From Bacteroidales bacterium (GTDB lineage: Bacteria; Bacteroidota; Bacteroidia; Bacteroidales; WCHB1-69): DNA of 64,000 nt. Position numbers and translations under genes: made by a program. Positions 27,092-37,600 of this stretch are shown here, one piece after another (within the stretch, counting starts at the first letter, position 1; each line of letters opens with the position of its first letter). A model generated the notes under the pieces. The model did not search any database. It worked only from the letters and a program-made list of their open reading frames with translations, and was not told where the DNA came from. The stretch covers positions 123,595 through 187,594 of the forward strand of contig JAFZKY010000037.1 in the NCBI GenBank assembly GCA_017551725.1. Direction: 5' to 3'.

Positions 27092-28132
27092 TTATGGCAT
27101 TGACACGGGAACATACACCGTGTCATGGACCGTTTTCACCACGGTTTTATACACTGTATCACGAATATACACATATTGGGGTTCTGAAATCACGGCAGTG
27201 TCGGGGATAGGTGCAACGGAGTGGAATTTTCCACCAGACGGACGGTCGGAGTTCTTCCGCATCAGGATATCATTGGGTTCGGTTGTGCCGTCGCCAAATG
27301 TGGCCGTGTCGGCCGGCGTGCAGGCGGCAGCTGCTGCGGGTACGGACGGGCCAGCGGGCGACAAACCGGCAGCGGGCGGGAAAAGGCGCGTGAAGACGTA
27401 GCCCGCCACAAGACAGATAACGAATCCAACCGCCAACGCCTGGAAGAGGCCCTTAGCGGCCAACAGTACGGGAATTTTGGGAACAGAACCCCACGGAATG
27501 GACGCCATCTCGTAGGGCACTGCGGGTTCCACCGAATAATCCCGAAGGTTTCTGCGGCAGATATCATCCACAGCATGACCACGTTTGAAAATGAGGAAAA
27601 ATGGAATCATAAGCTTTATTGGTTTTTGTTTTTTACTGATCAGCAGGCGTTGCAGCTGCTGGCGGGCCAAGGCGAGATGCCGTTTGGAGGTTCGCTCGGC
27701 CATGGAAAGCGTTTCCGCAATTTCCCGATGACTGTAGTTTTCAAAGACATACAGGTTGAATACGGTACGCTGCACGACAGGCAGGGCGGCTATGGCATCC
27801 AAAATCTCCGACTGGGTGAAATCGTAACGTCCCAATTCCTCCTCATCCTCGGGAACAGTCTCCAAATCAGCAGTGGAAAGATCATCCAGTTGGACAAAAC
27901 ACTGTTTTTTTCGCAGATGCTGCAACACCGTATTCGTCGTGATGCGCATCATCCACCGGTCAAAACTGCCAATTCCCCTGAAGGACCCGGACTTTTCGAT
28001 AGCCAGCAAAAACGCCTCATGCGCCAAATCCTCCGCCAGAGAGGGATCCGTCACATACCGATGGCACAAGCCGATCATCTTCCCGATGTTCTGTCGGTAT
28101 TTCTTCGACCAAAAATCCTGTGTGTCTGTCAT
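27092..28132 (-). CDS. ECF-type sigma-70 factor fused to a transmembrane/periplasmic anti-sigma-like extension
   Basis: I prefer the start at MTDTQDFW (28132). Sigma region 2 is LAEDLAHEAFLLAIEK..FDRWMMRITTNTVLQHLRK. Region 4 is LPVVQRTVFNLYVFENYSHREIAETLSMAERTSKRHLALARQQL. A TM helix follows (LFQALAVGFVICLVAGYVFTRLF), then a Pro/Ala-rich linker and the tail YVYIRDTVYKTVVKTVHDTVYVPVSMP. Confidence 0.8.
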   Translation of the reverse strand: MTDTQDFWSKKYRQNIGKMIGLCHRYVTDPSLAEDLAHEAFLLAIEKSGSFRGIGSFDRWMMRITTNTVLQHLRKKQCFVQLDDLSTADLETVPEDEEELGRYDFTQSEILDAIAALPVVQRTVFNLYVFENYSHREIAETLSMAERTSKRHLALARQQLQRLLISKKQKPIKLMIPFFLIFKRGHAVDDICRRNLRDYSVEPAVPYEMASIPWGSVPKIPVLLAAKGLFQALAVGFVICLVAGYVFTRLFPPAAGLSPAGPSVPAAAAACTPADTATFGDGTTEPNDILMRKNSDRPSGGKFHSVAPIPDTAVISEPQYVYIRDTVYKTVVKTVHDTVYVPVSMP

Positions 28133-28223
28133 ACTCTTTAAGAGGATGCAAAAAAACAAAAAAGGGCAAAAAAAATAACAAATCTGTTTTCGACACCATT
28201 TTCTGCCTCTACCAACTTTTTTG

Positions 28224-28231
28224 TATCTTTG
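28224..28231 (+). promoter_or_regulatory. -7 promoter box (TATCTTTG) for hutH
   Basis: TAnnTTTG match 52 nt upstream of the ATG at 28283. Confidence 0.5.
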
Positions 28232-28282
28232 CCCGCTTAATTAACGTGTATTAATTTGTAATTATTATAATAGCATATCATT

Positions 28283-29779
28283 ATGACGAGACACAAGATT
28301 TCTACCAAATTCCTGAGCATTGAGCAGGTTGAGAAAATCGTCAACCGCAAACAGAAAATCGAATTATCGCAAGAGGCCATCGATGCCGTGCAGAAATGCC
28401 GCGCCTACCTGGACAAGAAAACCGACACGGAGAAGGAACCCATCTACGGGGTGACCACCGGCTTCGGTTCTTTGTGCAACCGCAGCATCTCCAAAGAGGA
28501 CCTCTCCACCCTGCAGCGTAACCTAGTGATCTCGCACGCGTGCGGCGTGGGCAACGAGGTGCCCCAGGACATCGTGCAACTGATGCTGCTGATGAAAATA
28601 CAATCGCTCTCGTACGGGCACTCCGGCGTGCAGCTGGCCACCATCCAACGATTAGTGGATTTCTACAACAAGGGGGTGTATCCCGTTGTCTATCAACAGG
28701 GTTCGCTCGGCGCCTCCGGCGACTTGGCCCCGCTGGCACACCTGTGTCTGCCGCTCATCGGCATGGGCGAGGTTTACTACAAAGGAAAGAAATATCCTGC
28801 CTCCGTCATCAACGAGAAGTTCGGATGGGAGCCCATCACGCTGCAATCCAAGGAGGGTCTGGCCCTGCTCAACGGCACGCAGTTCATGAGCTCGTATGCC
28901 GTATGGCTGCTCATCAAGGCCAAGAAGCTCTCCTGGATGGCCGACATCATCGCCGCCATCTCGCTGGATGCCTTCGACGGCCGCATTGAGCCCTTCAACC
29001 TGAACGTCCATTTCGTGCGCCCGCACGCCGGCCAGATTATCACCGCCTCCCATATTCTCCAACTTTTGGAAGGTTCCGAGATCATCCAACAACACAAGGA
29101 GCACGTGCAAGACCCCTACTCTTTCCGCTGCGTGCCGCAGGTTCACGGCGCCTCCAAGGACTCCATCCAACATGTTCAGGATGTGGTGGAAACGGAAATC
29201 AACTCCGTCACCGACAACCCGACCGTGTTCCCGGATGAGGACATCGTGGTCTCCGCCGGCAACTTCCACGGCCAGCCGCTGGCCCTGGTGCTCGACTTCC
29301 TCTCCATCGCCATGGCAGAGCTGGGCAACATCTCCGAACGCCGTATCTATCAACTGATTGCCGGCAAACGCGGACTGCCCTCCTTCCTGGTCACGAACCC
29401 GGGCCTCAACTCCGGCTTCATGATCCCGCAGTACGCTGCCGCCTCCATCGTGAACCAGAACAAGGCCTTCACGATGCCCTGCTCCACCGACTCCATCGAA
29501 TCGTCGCAAGGCCAAGAGGACCACGTGAGCATGGGTGCCAACGCCGCCACGAAGTGCTACCTGGTGGTCAACAACGTGGAGAATATCCTCGGCATCGAGC
29601 TCTTCAACGCCGCACAGGCCCTCGAATTCCGCCGCCCGCTCAAATCCTCCCCGTTCATCGAGGAGTTTGTGGCCGCCTACCGCGAATTTGTGCCCTTCGT
29701 GGAAAACGACACCTACATGCACGAGCTCATCCAGAAGTCCATCGACTTCGTGAACGGCGTGCGTATGATTATGGACTAA
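28283..29779 (+). CDS. hutH: histidine ammonia-lyase
   Basis: 498 aa. The MIO-forming motif GSLGASGDLAPLAHL is present, and the sequence looks like an aromatic amino acid lyase throughout. Confidence 0.93.
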   Translation: MTRHKISTKFLSIEQVEKIVNRKQKIELSQEAIDAVQKCRAYLDKKTDTEKEPIYGVTTGFGSLCNRSISKEDLSTLQRNLVISHACGVGNEVPQDIVQLMLLMKIQSLSYGHSGVQLATIQRLVDFYNKGVYPVVYQQGSLGASGDLAPLAHLCLPLIGMGEVYYKGKKYPASVINEKFGWEPITLQSKEGLALLNGTQFMSSYAVWLLIKAKKLSWMADIIAAISLDAFDGRIEPFNLNVHFVRPHAGQIITASHILQLLEGSEIIQQHKEHVQDPYSFRCVPQVHGASKDSIQHVQDVVETEINSVTDNPTVFPDEDIVVSAGNFHGQPLALVLDFLSIAMAELGNISERRIYQLIAGKRGLPSFLVTNPGLNSGFMIPQYAAASIVNQNKAFTMPCSTDSIESSQGQEDHVSMGANAATKCYLVVNNVENILGIELFNAAQALEFRRPLKSSPFIEEFVAAYREFVPFVENDTYMHELIQKSIDFVNGVRMIMD

Positions 29780-29792
29780 CACGTTCACCCTC

Positions 29793-30284
29793 ATGAAGAA
29801 AGCCCTGCTCATCGTCTTGTGCGCGCTGCTGTTCGCCGCCTGCAAACGCCCCACGCCTTTCTCCGAAATCCCGTACATTGAATTTGTCGGGATTGAGAAG
29901 ATCGACAACGGGACGGGTGTGGACGACCAGGCGGACCTCACGCTCTATTTTCACGACGGCGACGGGGACATCGGCTTGGAGTCGGGCGATACCTCCGGCG
30001 TATTCTCCAAGGATTCAGCTTATTACTATAATCTCTTCATCCACTTTTATGAAAAACAGCGGGGCGAATGGGTGCAGGTGGAACTGCCCACCCCATTGCA
30101 CGCCCGTCTGCCCTACCTGAGCCACAACCTGCCCGAATCCATCGAGGGGAACATCACCATCACCACCTTCATCAACAACTACTTCTCGTCCTACGACACC
30201 ATAAAGCTGTCATGCCAGCTGGTGGATCGGGCTTTGCATACCAGCAACATTGTTGAAACACCTGAAATTATTGTAAAAAAATGA
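29793..30284 (+). CDS. hypothetical lipoprotein
   Basis: 163 aa with lipobox LLFAAC. A DGDGDIG Asp/Gly-rich stretch is present. It overlaps the nadC start by 4 nt (ATGA). Confidence 0.6.
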   Translation: MKKALLIVLCALLFAACKRPTPFSEIPYIEFVGIEKIDNGTGVDDQADLTLYFHDGDGDIGLESGDTSGVFSKDSAYYYNLFIHFYEKQRGEWVQVELPTPLHARLPYLSHNLPESIEGNITITTFINNYFSSYDTIKLSCQLVDRALHTSNIVETPEIIVKK

Positions 30285-31132
30285 AGATAACCGAAGACAT
30301 CAAACAACTGATCCAGCTGACGCTGAAAGAGGACATTGGCGACGGCGACCATTCCTCCCTTTCCTGTATTCCCGCCGATGCCCCCGGCAAGATGAAACTG
30401 CTGGTCAAGCAGGACGGCATCCTCTGCGGGGTGGACGTGGCCCGCGAGGTGCTGCGCCAGGTGGACGACACCATCCAGATGGAGCAGTTCATGCACGACG
30501 GCGACGCCATCCGCAAGGGCGACATCGTTTTCCAACTGCAGGGCCCGGCCAGGAGTATGCTCACCGCCGAGCGCACGCTGCTCAACTTCATGCAGCGCAT
30601 GAGCGGCATCGCCACCACCACCCACGAATATGTGGAGATGGTGAAGGACACCTCCGTGACCCTGCTCGACACGCGCAAGACCACGCCCAACATGCGTGTT
30701 TTCGAGAAATACGCCGTCACAGTGGGTGGCGCGCAGAACCACCGCTTCGGCCTGTTTGACATGATGATGCTGAAAGACAACCACATCGACTTCGCCGGCG
30801 GCATCGAAAAGGCCATTGACGCGGCCAATGCCTATCAGAAGGAACACGGGCTGCACCTCAATATCGAGATTGAGACCCGCAGCTTGGACGATGTGCGGCG
30901 CGTCATCGCCCATGGCGGCGTGCAGCGCATCATGTTCGACAACTTCACCCCCGACCAGATCCGCGAGGGCGTGGCGCTCGTCAACCATCGCTTTGAGACG
31001 GAGGCCTCCGGCGGCATCACCCGCACAACACTCCGCGACTACGCCGTCACCGGGGTGGATTTCATCTCCGTGGGTGCCTTCACACACCAGATCGCCAGCC
31101 TCGACATGAGCCTCAAAACCGTAATCCTATAA
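30281..31132 (+). CDS. nadC: nicotinate-nucleotide diphosphorylase (carboxylating), quinolinate phosphoribosyltransferase
   Basis: 283 aa. ERTLLNFMQRMSGIAT, LDTRKTTP, GGAQNHRFGLFDMMMLKDNHI and EASGGI are characteristic NadC blocks. Confidence 0.9.
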   Translation: MKITEDIKQLIQLTLKEDIGDGDHSSLSCIPADAPGKMKLLVKQDGILCGVDVAREVLRQVDDTIQMEQFMHDGDAIRKGDIVFQLQGPARSMLTAERTLLNFMQRMSGIATTTHEYVEMVKDTSVTLLDTRKTTPNMRVFEKYAVTVGGAQNHRFGLFDMMMLKDNHIDFAGGIEKAIDAANAYQKEHGLHLNIEIETRSLDDVRRVIAHGGVQRIMFDNFTPDQIREGVALVNHRFETEASGGITRTTLRDYAVTGVDFISVGAFTHQIASLDMSLKTVIL

Positions 31133-31134
31133 TC

Positions 31135-33114
31135 ATGAAAAAAGGAATGAAAATCTTCCTGATCATTGTCGGCTGCATAGTCGGACTGCTGTTGCTGATC
31201 AGCATATTGGCAGGGCCAATCGTCAAGTATTACGCTGAAAAGCACAGCGTTGAACTGTGTCACCGCGTGGTCACGCTGGAGCATGTGCGCATCAATCTCT
31301 TCACCGGCGGTGTCACCATTGTCGGGCTGAACGCCAAGGAAGAGAACGGCAAGGAGGATTTCCTCTCCTTCAAAAAGCTACATGTACGCATGTCGCTGCC
31401 CCGGCTGCTGGGCAAGACCGTCCGCATCAACCGTATCCGTCTGGACCAGTTGAAAGCCCAGGTCATCCAAAATGGCATCCGCTTCAATTTCAGCGACATC
31501 ATCGACTTCTACACCAAAGACCGGAAGCCCAAGCCCGACAAGGGTCCGTCAAAATGGTCGGTGGACATCCGCCACATCGATGTGCTGAATGCCGCCGTCA
31601 AGTATCAGGATGTGCGTGCGGGCAGCCTCTTCGACACCAAGGACGTGAACATCCGCGTGCCCAAGCTGGACCTCGACGGAGGCCCTTCCCATTTGGACAT
31701 GACCACAGCGTTCCGGCAGGGCGGCGATTTTTCCATAAACGGTAATTACAATATCAAAAAGGGTGATTTCGACGCCCACGTGCTGATGCACCAGCTTTCC
31801 ACCGATATGGGACGGCCCTACCTCAACCTGCTGTCGCATCTGGGCACCGTGAACGGCCTGCTGGACGGCGACGCCACCCTCAAAGGCTGTGTTAAGGAGA
31901 TTGAGAAGATGGTGTTTTCCGGCACAATGTCGTTGAACAATGTGCAGGCGCACAACGCCGACCAGTCGCCGCTGGCCTCGTTCAAATCCTTCGCCATGAA
32001 CATCGAGAAGGCGGACCTTGGCCAGAAAACCTTCAATATCAAATCTATAGAATTAAAAGATCCCGTTTTCAACTTCGACATCTATGCCGACGGGAACACC
32101 TTCAGCCGGCTGAAGGGCGACAAGCGCCCCGACGCGGCGTCAGACTCCACCAAGGAGGCCCGCACGGACACGTCCGCCTCCCCGACCGAAATCCGCTACA
32201 ACGTCAAGAAGATTGCCATCACCAACGGCTCGTTCACGTATGCCGACCACGCCGCCACCCCGGAGGAGCAGGTCTTCCCGGTCACCAATTTCCAGCTTAC
32301 GGCCGATAATCTGACCAACGGGAAACCATCACCCATCAAGGTTACAGCCAATCTGGGCTCATCCGGCAAGCTGGACTGCGAAGCCAGCCTGGATGCCTTG
32401 AACCTCAAAAACGCCGACATTGTCGTGTCCATCGCCAACCTTGACATTAGCGATTTCTCGCCCTACGCCCTGCACTATCTGGCCTACCCCGCCGAAAAGG
32501 GCATCCTCTCGTTCACCAGCGATGTCTCCATCAAAGACAACTGGCTGGACAGCCAGAATGCGCTGGACATCTACAAGCCCACCTTCGGTGACAAGGTCAA
32601 GGGGCTGAAACCGGCCGCCGCCAAGATACCCATGAAGACGGCCATGTACATCATCACCGACCGCAAGGGCCACGTCAACATGGAGCTGCCCGTCAAGGGG
32701 GACATCTCCTCTCCCGAGTTTTCTTTCCGCAAGATCATCTGGAAGACCTTCACCAACCTGTTGGTGAAGATTGCCGCCTCGCCCGTGGACATGATTGCCA
32801 AAGCCGTGGGCGGCGACAAGGTTTTCAAGAAAATGACCTTCCCCGCTGGCGAGACGCCGAAGCTGTCGAACGAGAACACCTTCCAGCTGAACGAGATAGC
32901 CGAAGTGCTCAAAGAAAAAGACCAGATGACGCTCGAACTTTCCGCCGTGGCCGGTCCCGACGGTGGGAACTCTGCCGCACGCGCCTGCGAGCTAATCCGC
33001 AACTATCTGACAGGCAAAGGAATTCCCGCCAAACAGGTGGAAATCCTTCCAGCCAAAACCACCGAAAACGCCGCTGATGTCAATGTGTCGTTTGAATTGA
33101 AAATGAACGAATAA
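31135..33114 (+). CDS. DUF748/AsmA-like membrane-anchored protein
   Basis: 659 aa with an N-terminal TM anchor. The pattern VTLEHVRINLFTGGVTIVGLNAKEENGKEDFLSFKKLHVRMSLPRLLGKTVRINRIRLDQLKAQVIQNGIRFNFSDII matches my recollection of DUF748 repeats. Confidence 0.55.
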   Translation: MKKGMKIFLIIVGCIVGLLLLISILAGPIVKYYAEKHSVELCHRVVTLEHVRINLFTGGVTIVGLNAKEENGKEDFLSFKKLHVRMSLPRLLGKTVRINRIRLDQLKAQVIQNGIRFNFSDIIDFYTKDRKPKPDKGPSKWSVDIRHIDVLNAAVKYQDVRAGSLFDTKDVNIRVPKLDLDGGPSHLDMTTAFRQGGDFSINGNYNIKKGDFDAHVLMHQLSTDMGRPYLNLLSHLGTVNGLLDGDATLKGCVKEIEKMVFSGTMSLNNVQAHNADQSPLASFKSFAMNIEKADLGQKTFNIKSIELKDPVFNFDIYADGNTFSRLKGDKRPDAASDSTKEARTDTSASPTEIRYNVKKIAITNGSFTYADHAATPEEQVFPVTNFQLTADNLTNGKPSPIKVTANLGSSGKLDCEASLDALNLKNADIVVSIANLDISDFSPYALHYLAYPAEKGILSFTSDVSIKDNWLDSQNALDIYKPTFGDKVKGLKPAAAKIPMKTAMYIITDRKGHVNMELPVKGDISSPEFSFRKIIWKTFTNLLVKIAASPVDMIAKAVGGDKVFKKMTFPAGETPKLSNENTFQLNEIAEVLKEKDQMTLELSAVAGPDGGNSAARACELIRNYLTGKGIPAKQVEILPAKTTENAADVNVSFELKMNE

Positions 33115-33117
33115 CCC

Positions 33118-34119
33118 ATGTTTTTAAACCTGAACCGCATACAAGAGAAGATTGATGCCTGGAGCGAAGATCTGGAACAGATTCCGGTACTCGGGAAGAT
33201 AGTCCGGAAATCCAAGACGCTCACGCTGCCGGGCTTCCAGCACATTCCCTTGTACGACGTGATGAGATACTTTTTCCAATCCATGGGGAAAGGGGTCATC
33301 TTCCAGCGGGCCGCCGCCTTGACCTACCGCATTTTCATCGCCCTGATTCCCATGATCATCGCCTTCTTCACGCTGATTGCCTACACGAGCACCGACATGC
33401 AGAACACCATCCTCTCCATGATGCAGACCGTCGTGCCGGTGTATGCCTGGTCGGCGGTGGAGGACATGATCACCTACGTGGTGACGCAGCCCCAAGAGGG
33501 ATTGTCCACGCTCATGTTCTTCATTGGCATCTACTTCACCCTCATCTGCACCAACGGGCTACTGGCCGCCATGAACACCTCCTACTTCAACAACAAGCAG
33601 CGCAACATTTTCAAACAGATAGGATTGAGTCTGGCCATCATGGTTATCGTCTTCTTCATCATCCTATTCGTGGCCATGCTGTTCATCATAGCCTCCATGA
33701 TCATGAACCACATCAACACCTATCTGATTGATTTGCGGAGCGGTTATTACTATCTGGTACATGGTATCAAATGGGTATTGGTTTTCGCAACCGTCTATTT
33801 CATGGTCAGCATCTTATACTATCTGGCGCCTGTCAACAAGGAAAATTACCGATTCTTTTCGGCGGGCTCGTCGCTTTGTACCATCCTTTTGGTGCTGATA
33901 CTCTGGATATTGAACATCTATTTTTCCAATTTCTCCAATTACAACCTCATTTACGGATCATTGGGGGCGTTGTTTGCCATTGTGCTGTGGCTGAACTGGA
34001 GCTCGCTCATCCTGCTCGTATGTTTCGACCTGAATGTGAGCATTGCCAAAGCCAAGGAGACCTCCCAATGCGTACCTACGAAAGCAGATCCGTCGGATCT
34101 TGAGAAAAAACAATTGTAA
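33118..34119 (+). CDS. YihY/BrkB (virulence factor BrkB) family membrane protein
   Basis: 333 aa. AAALTYRIFIALIPMIIAF and six predicted TM segments are typical of the YihY family. Confidence 0.8.
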   Translation: MFLNLNRIQEKIDAWSEDLEQIPVLGKIVRKSKTLTLPGFQHIPLYDVMRYFFQSMGKGVIFQRAAALTYRIFIALIPMIIAFFTLIAYTSTDMQNTILSMMQTVVPVYAWSAVEDMITYVVTQPQEGLSTLMFFIGIYFTLICTNGLLAAMNTSYFNNKQRNIFKQIGLSLAIMVIVFFIILFVAMLFIIASMIMNHINTYLIDLRSGYYYLVHGIKWVLVFATVYFMVSILYYLAPVNKENYRFFSAGSSLCTILLVLILWILNIYFSNFSNYNLIYGSLGALFAIVLWLNWSSLILLVCFDLNVSIAKAKETSQCVPTKADPSDLEKKQL

Positions 34120-34139
34120 ACTATACAATATTATAATAT

Positions 34140-34514
34140 ATGGAAGATTTTATAAGCATATTGATTTTGATTCTCCTCGGGTTGGCGCCCACGATTATCA
34201 AACTGGTCAAAGGGGAAAAACCGACGACGCCAAAGGCGATTCCCATCCTGGAAGATGAGGAGGAGGAAGAGGCGTTTTTTGAGACAACAGAAATGCAAAA
34301 AAACGAGCCGAATTTGCGAAATCAAACCGAATACTTCACCTACGAAACGCTTACAGACTTGGATGAACCTATGACCGAACCAACCGTAAAAGCGTCCCAA
34401 AAGCAGACACAAATATCTGATAATAAAGAAGAAGAGACTCCAAAATTGACACTGGAACCGGATGAAGTATATAAAGGTGTAATCTACGCCGAAATTTTAA
34501 AAAGGAAATACTAA
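34140..34514 (+). CDS. hypothetical membrane-anchored acidic protein
   Basis: 124 aa. An N-terminal TM segment (ILILILLGLAPTII) is followed by an E/T/D-rich, low-complexity region. The gene is AT-rich. Confidence 0.45.
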   Translation: MEDFISILILILLGLAPTIIKLVKGEKPTTPKAIPILEDEEEEEAFFETTEMQKNEPNLRNQTEYFTYETLTDLDEPMTEPTVKASQKQTQISDNKEEETPKLTLEPDEVYKGVIYAEILKRKY

Positions 34515-34540
34515 AAACCTGACTTAAAACTACTTTCAAA

Positions 34541-34582
34541 CAAAAAAAAAGCAATAGTGTGGAGGCTATTGTTTTTTTTTTT
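34541..34582. terminator. bidirectional rho-independent terminator (A-run / hairpin / T-run)
   Basis: The sequence reads caaaaaaaaa-gcaatag-tgtggagg-ctattg-ttttttttttt. A 6-bp stem is flanked by A9 and T11 runs. Confidence 0.55.
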
Positions 34583-34639
34583 AATTTAGCGCCCCAAAAA
34601 TTGTATTAGGTAAAATAGAATAATGTTTAATATAAATTA

Positions 34640-37600
34640 ATGGCTATGATTAAAAAATTACTCTCTACTCTCGGAGTGATCATCCTTTTCACAAGCATGG
34701 CATTTTCACAATCCTCTACCATCAAAGGTAAGGTATTGGACCAAGCGGGAGAGCCTTTGGCGTACACCAAGGTGTTCTTGAAGATTGGCGACAAGGTTGT
34801 GAACATGGGTATGGCGGATGACAAAGGAGACTACTCAATGTTCGGTGTGGAACCTGGAACGTACGATTTGACAGCCGACGCCCAGATGACCTGTAAGAAA
34901 TCGCAGACCAAGACCGACATCAAAGTTGGTTCCAGCCAGGTGATGTTCATTGACTTCACCATTGACTGTACCAACGATGTGCAGGAAGTCATCATCAAAT
35001 ACGAACCGCCCGTGTTCGACCCGGACAACACCAGTTCCACGAGCCGTATCAGCGGTGACAACGTGCGTACAACCCCTGGCCGTTCCGTGACCAGTGCCTT
35101 AGCCAACCTGGAAGGTGTGTCCAGCGTGGATGGAGCTATGTCATCCGTTCGTGGTAACCGTGCCGACGGTCAGCAGACCATTATCGACGGTGTGCGTGTG
35201 CGTGGTAACGGTAGTGTTTCCATGGCATCCATCGAAGAGGCCCAGCTGATTCAAGGTGGTATTCCCGCCGAGTATGGTGACGGTACCTCCTTCACGGTCA
35301 TCACCACCAAGTCTGCTCCGAAGGACTTCCACGGATCCTTGGAGTTACGAGGTTCCATCGATGGCTACAACAACTTCCTCGGTGCCGTGTCCATTTCCGG
35401 TCCCCTGTTGAAAGGCAAGACCAAAAACGACCCCACCCGCATCGGTTTCCTCTTCAGTGGGGAAATCTCTTATGACCAGGATTCCAGACCGTTGAGAGGC
35501 GGCTACTGGGTGGCCAACGACGATGTGATTGAGGACATTATAAACAACCCGCTCCGTTACAACCCGACCAGCATTGGTGCCTGGTATCAGGAAGCCTGCT
35601 ACCTCACCAGCGAGTCGTTCCACAAGGAGCGTGTGAAGAAGAACGCCGGCACATGGGATTATCTCGGCCAGTTGAAATTCGACTTCGTTCTGGGCAAGAA
35701 GCACAACATGCGTCTCTCCGTGGGCGGATCATACGAATACTTGAAAGGCAAATCCTGGGGTTTAGGCTACGCCCTGTTCAAACTCGAGACGCCTACAAGC
35801 ATCAACAACACCCTGCGTTTGAACGCCCGTTTGAACCACCGCGTGTTCACCGACACCACCGGCAAGGCTGCATTGAAGAATATCATGTACGACATCAACG
35901 TCAACTACACCCAGTTCAACTCCCTCTCCTACGCCTCGCAGCATAAGGACCGCCTGTTCGAATACGGCTATATCGGCAAATTCACCACCCAACGCAAGAA
36001 AGGCTATTCTGAACGCAAAGACGATCTGCAGATTTCCTGGGAGGGCAGTTCCATCGTCGTTCATGACGCTCGTGAGTTTGAAGGCTGGCAGGATTCCCTC
36101 GTGACCTTCAACATCAACCCGGAATTCAACTGCAACCCCATCCTGGCCCAATACACGCTGAATTTCATTGAAAACTATCCTGTGGAAGACCTGCACACCT
36201 ATCTTGGCAGCAACTATCCTATCGACCTTAACCTCTATCAGCAGTTCGGTGCTCTCCGTAACGGAGACTCTCCCGACGCCATTTATTCTCCGTACCTGTA
36301 CTATTCTCCGGGTACAGTTCTTGGCAGCTACAGCAAGAGCCAGACCGAGCAGTTCGGTGTCAAGGCCAGCATCTCCATGAACGTGAAGAACCACGAACTC
36401 AAGTTCGGTTACGACTTCGAAAAACTGACCTATCGTGGATACGGCATCGCCTCCTATTCTCTGTGGCAGCTTATGCGTACCGAAACCAACAAGCATATCT
36501 CCGAGTTGGACAAGGAGCATCCCATCATTGAAGCCCGTTATGATGCCGATTATGAAAGAGAACTCATTTATGTGGATTATGACCGCTTGAACGTGCTGGA
36601 TGATCAGACTGTCTTCGACCGCAACCTGCGCCGTTCCCTCGGCCTGGATCCTGACGGTTCCGACTGGATTGACATTGACAACCTCGACCCCACGGCCTTC
36701 AACATCAACATGTTCTCCGCCGAGGAACTGCTCACGGGAACCTCTTCCGGTTCCAACTCCCTGGTCAGCTATTACGGCTATGACTACACGGGCAAGAAGA
36801 ACCACAAGAAGACCACCATCACCGACTTCTTCGATGCAATGGATAAGAACGGCCAACGCTCCTACAACATTGGTGCTTACGAGCCCATCTACATGGCTTT
36901 CTATCTGCAAGACAAGTTCTCCATCAACTCCCTGTTGTTCAACATCGGTCTTCGTGTTGACCGCTTCGACGCCAACCAGGAAGTGTTGAAAGACCCGTAT
37001 TTGTTCCGCGAAGCCTATACCGTCAAGGACATCCGCAACCTCAACAGCACGATCAAATTCGCGGGCAATGTCGAAGACAACTGGGTGGTCTATTATTCCG
37101 GTACCGATAACTACATGAGCGAGGAAGGCATCGCCGGCAACGAGTTCAACTCCACATCCATTGTGGGTTATCGTAACGGCGACACCTGGTACAACGCTGC
37201 CGGCCAAGAGGTGGTTGACCCTGAATCCGAACTGTCACTCTATGTGAACGGTCCGATCCTTAAAAACGAAATTGACAAAGAAAGAAACACGAAGGTTGAA
37301 TCCGCCGCATTCGAGAAATACAAAGCTCAATGGTCTGTCATGCCGCGTATCTCCTTCTCCTTCCCTGTCTCTGACAACTCCCTGTTCTACGCTCACTACA
37401 ACATCATCACCTCCCGTCCTACCAACCTGCAGATTTCCCCCGTTGACTACCTGTTCATCCACAAGCGCAATTCCGCCAATGACATCGTCAACAACCCGAA
37501 CATGAAACCGCAGCAGAGTATCGACTATGAAATCGGTTTCCGTCAGAAAATCGGCAACAAGTCCTCCATCAGTATCAGCGCCTACTATTCCGAGAAACGT

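Noticed and set aside
28652-29941. 429-aa ORF antisense to hutH
   Set aside because: hutH carries the ASG MIO motif and full-length lyase similarity. The antisense product has no features.
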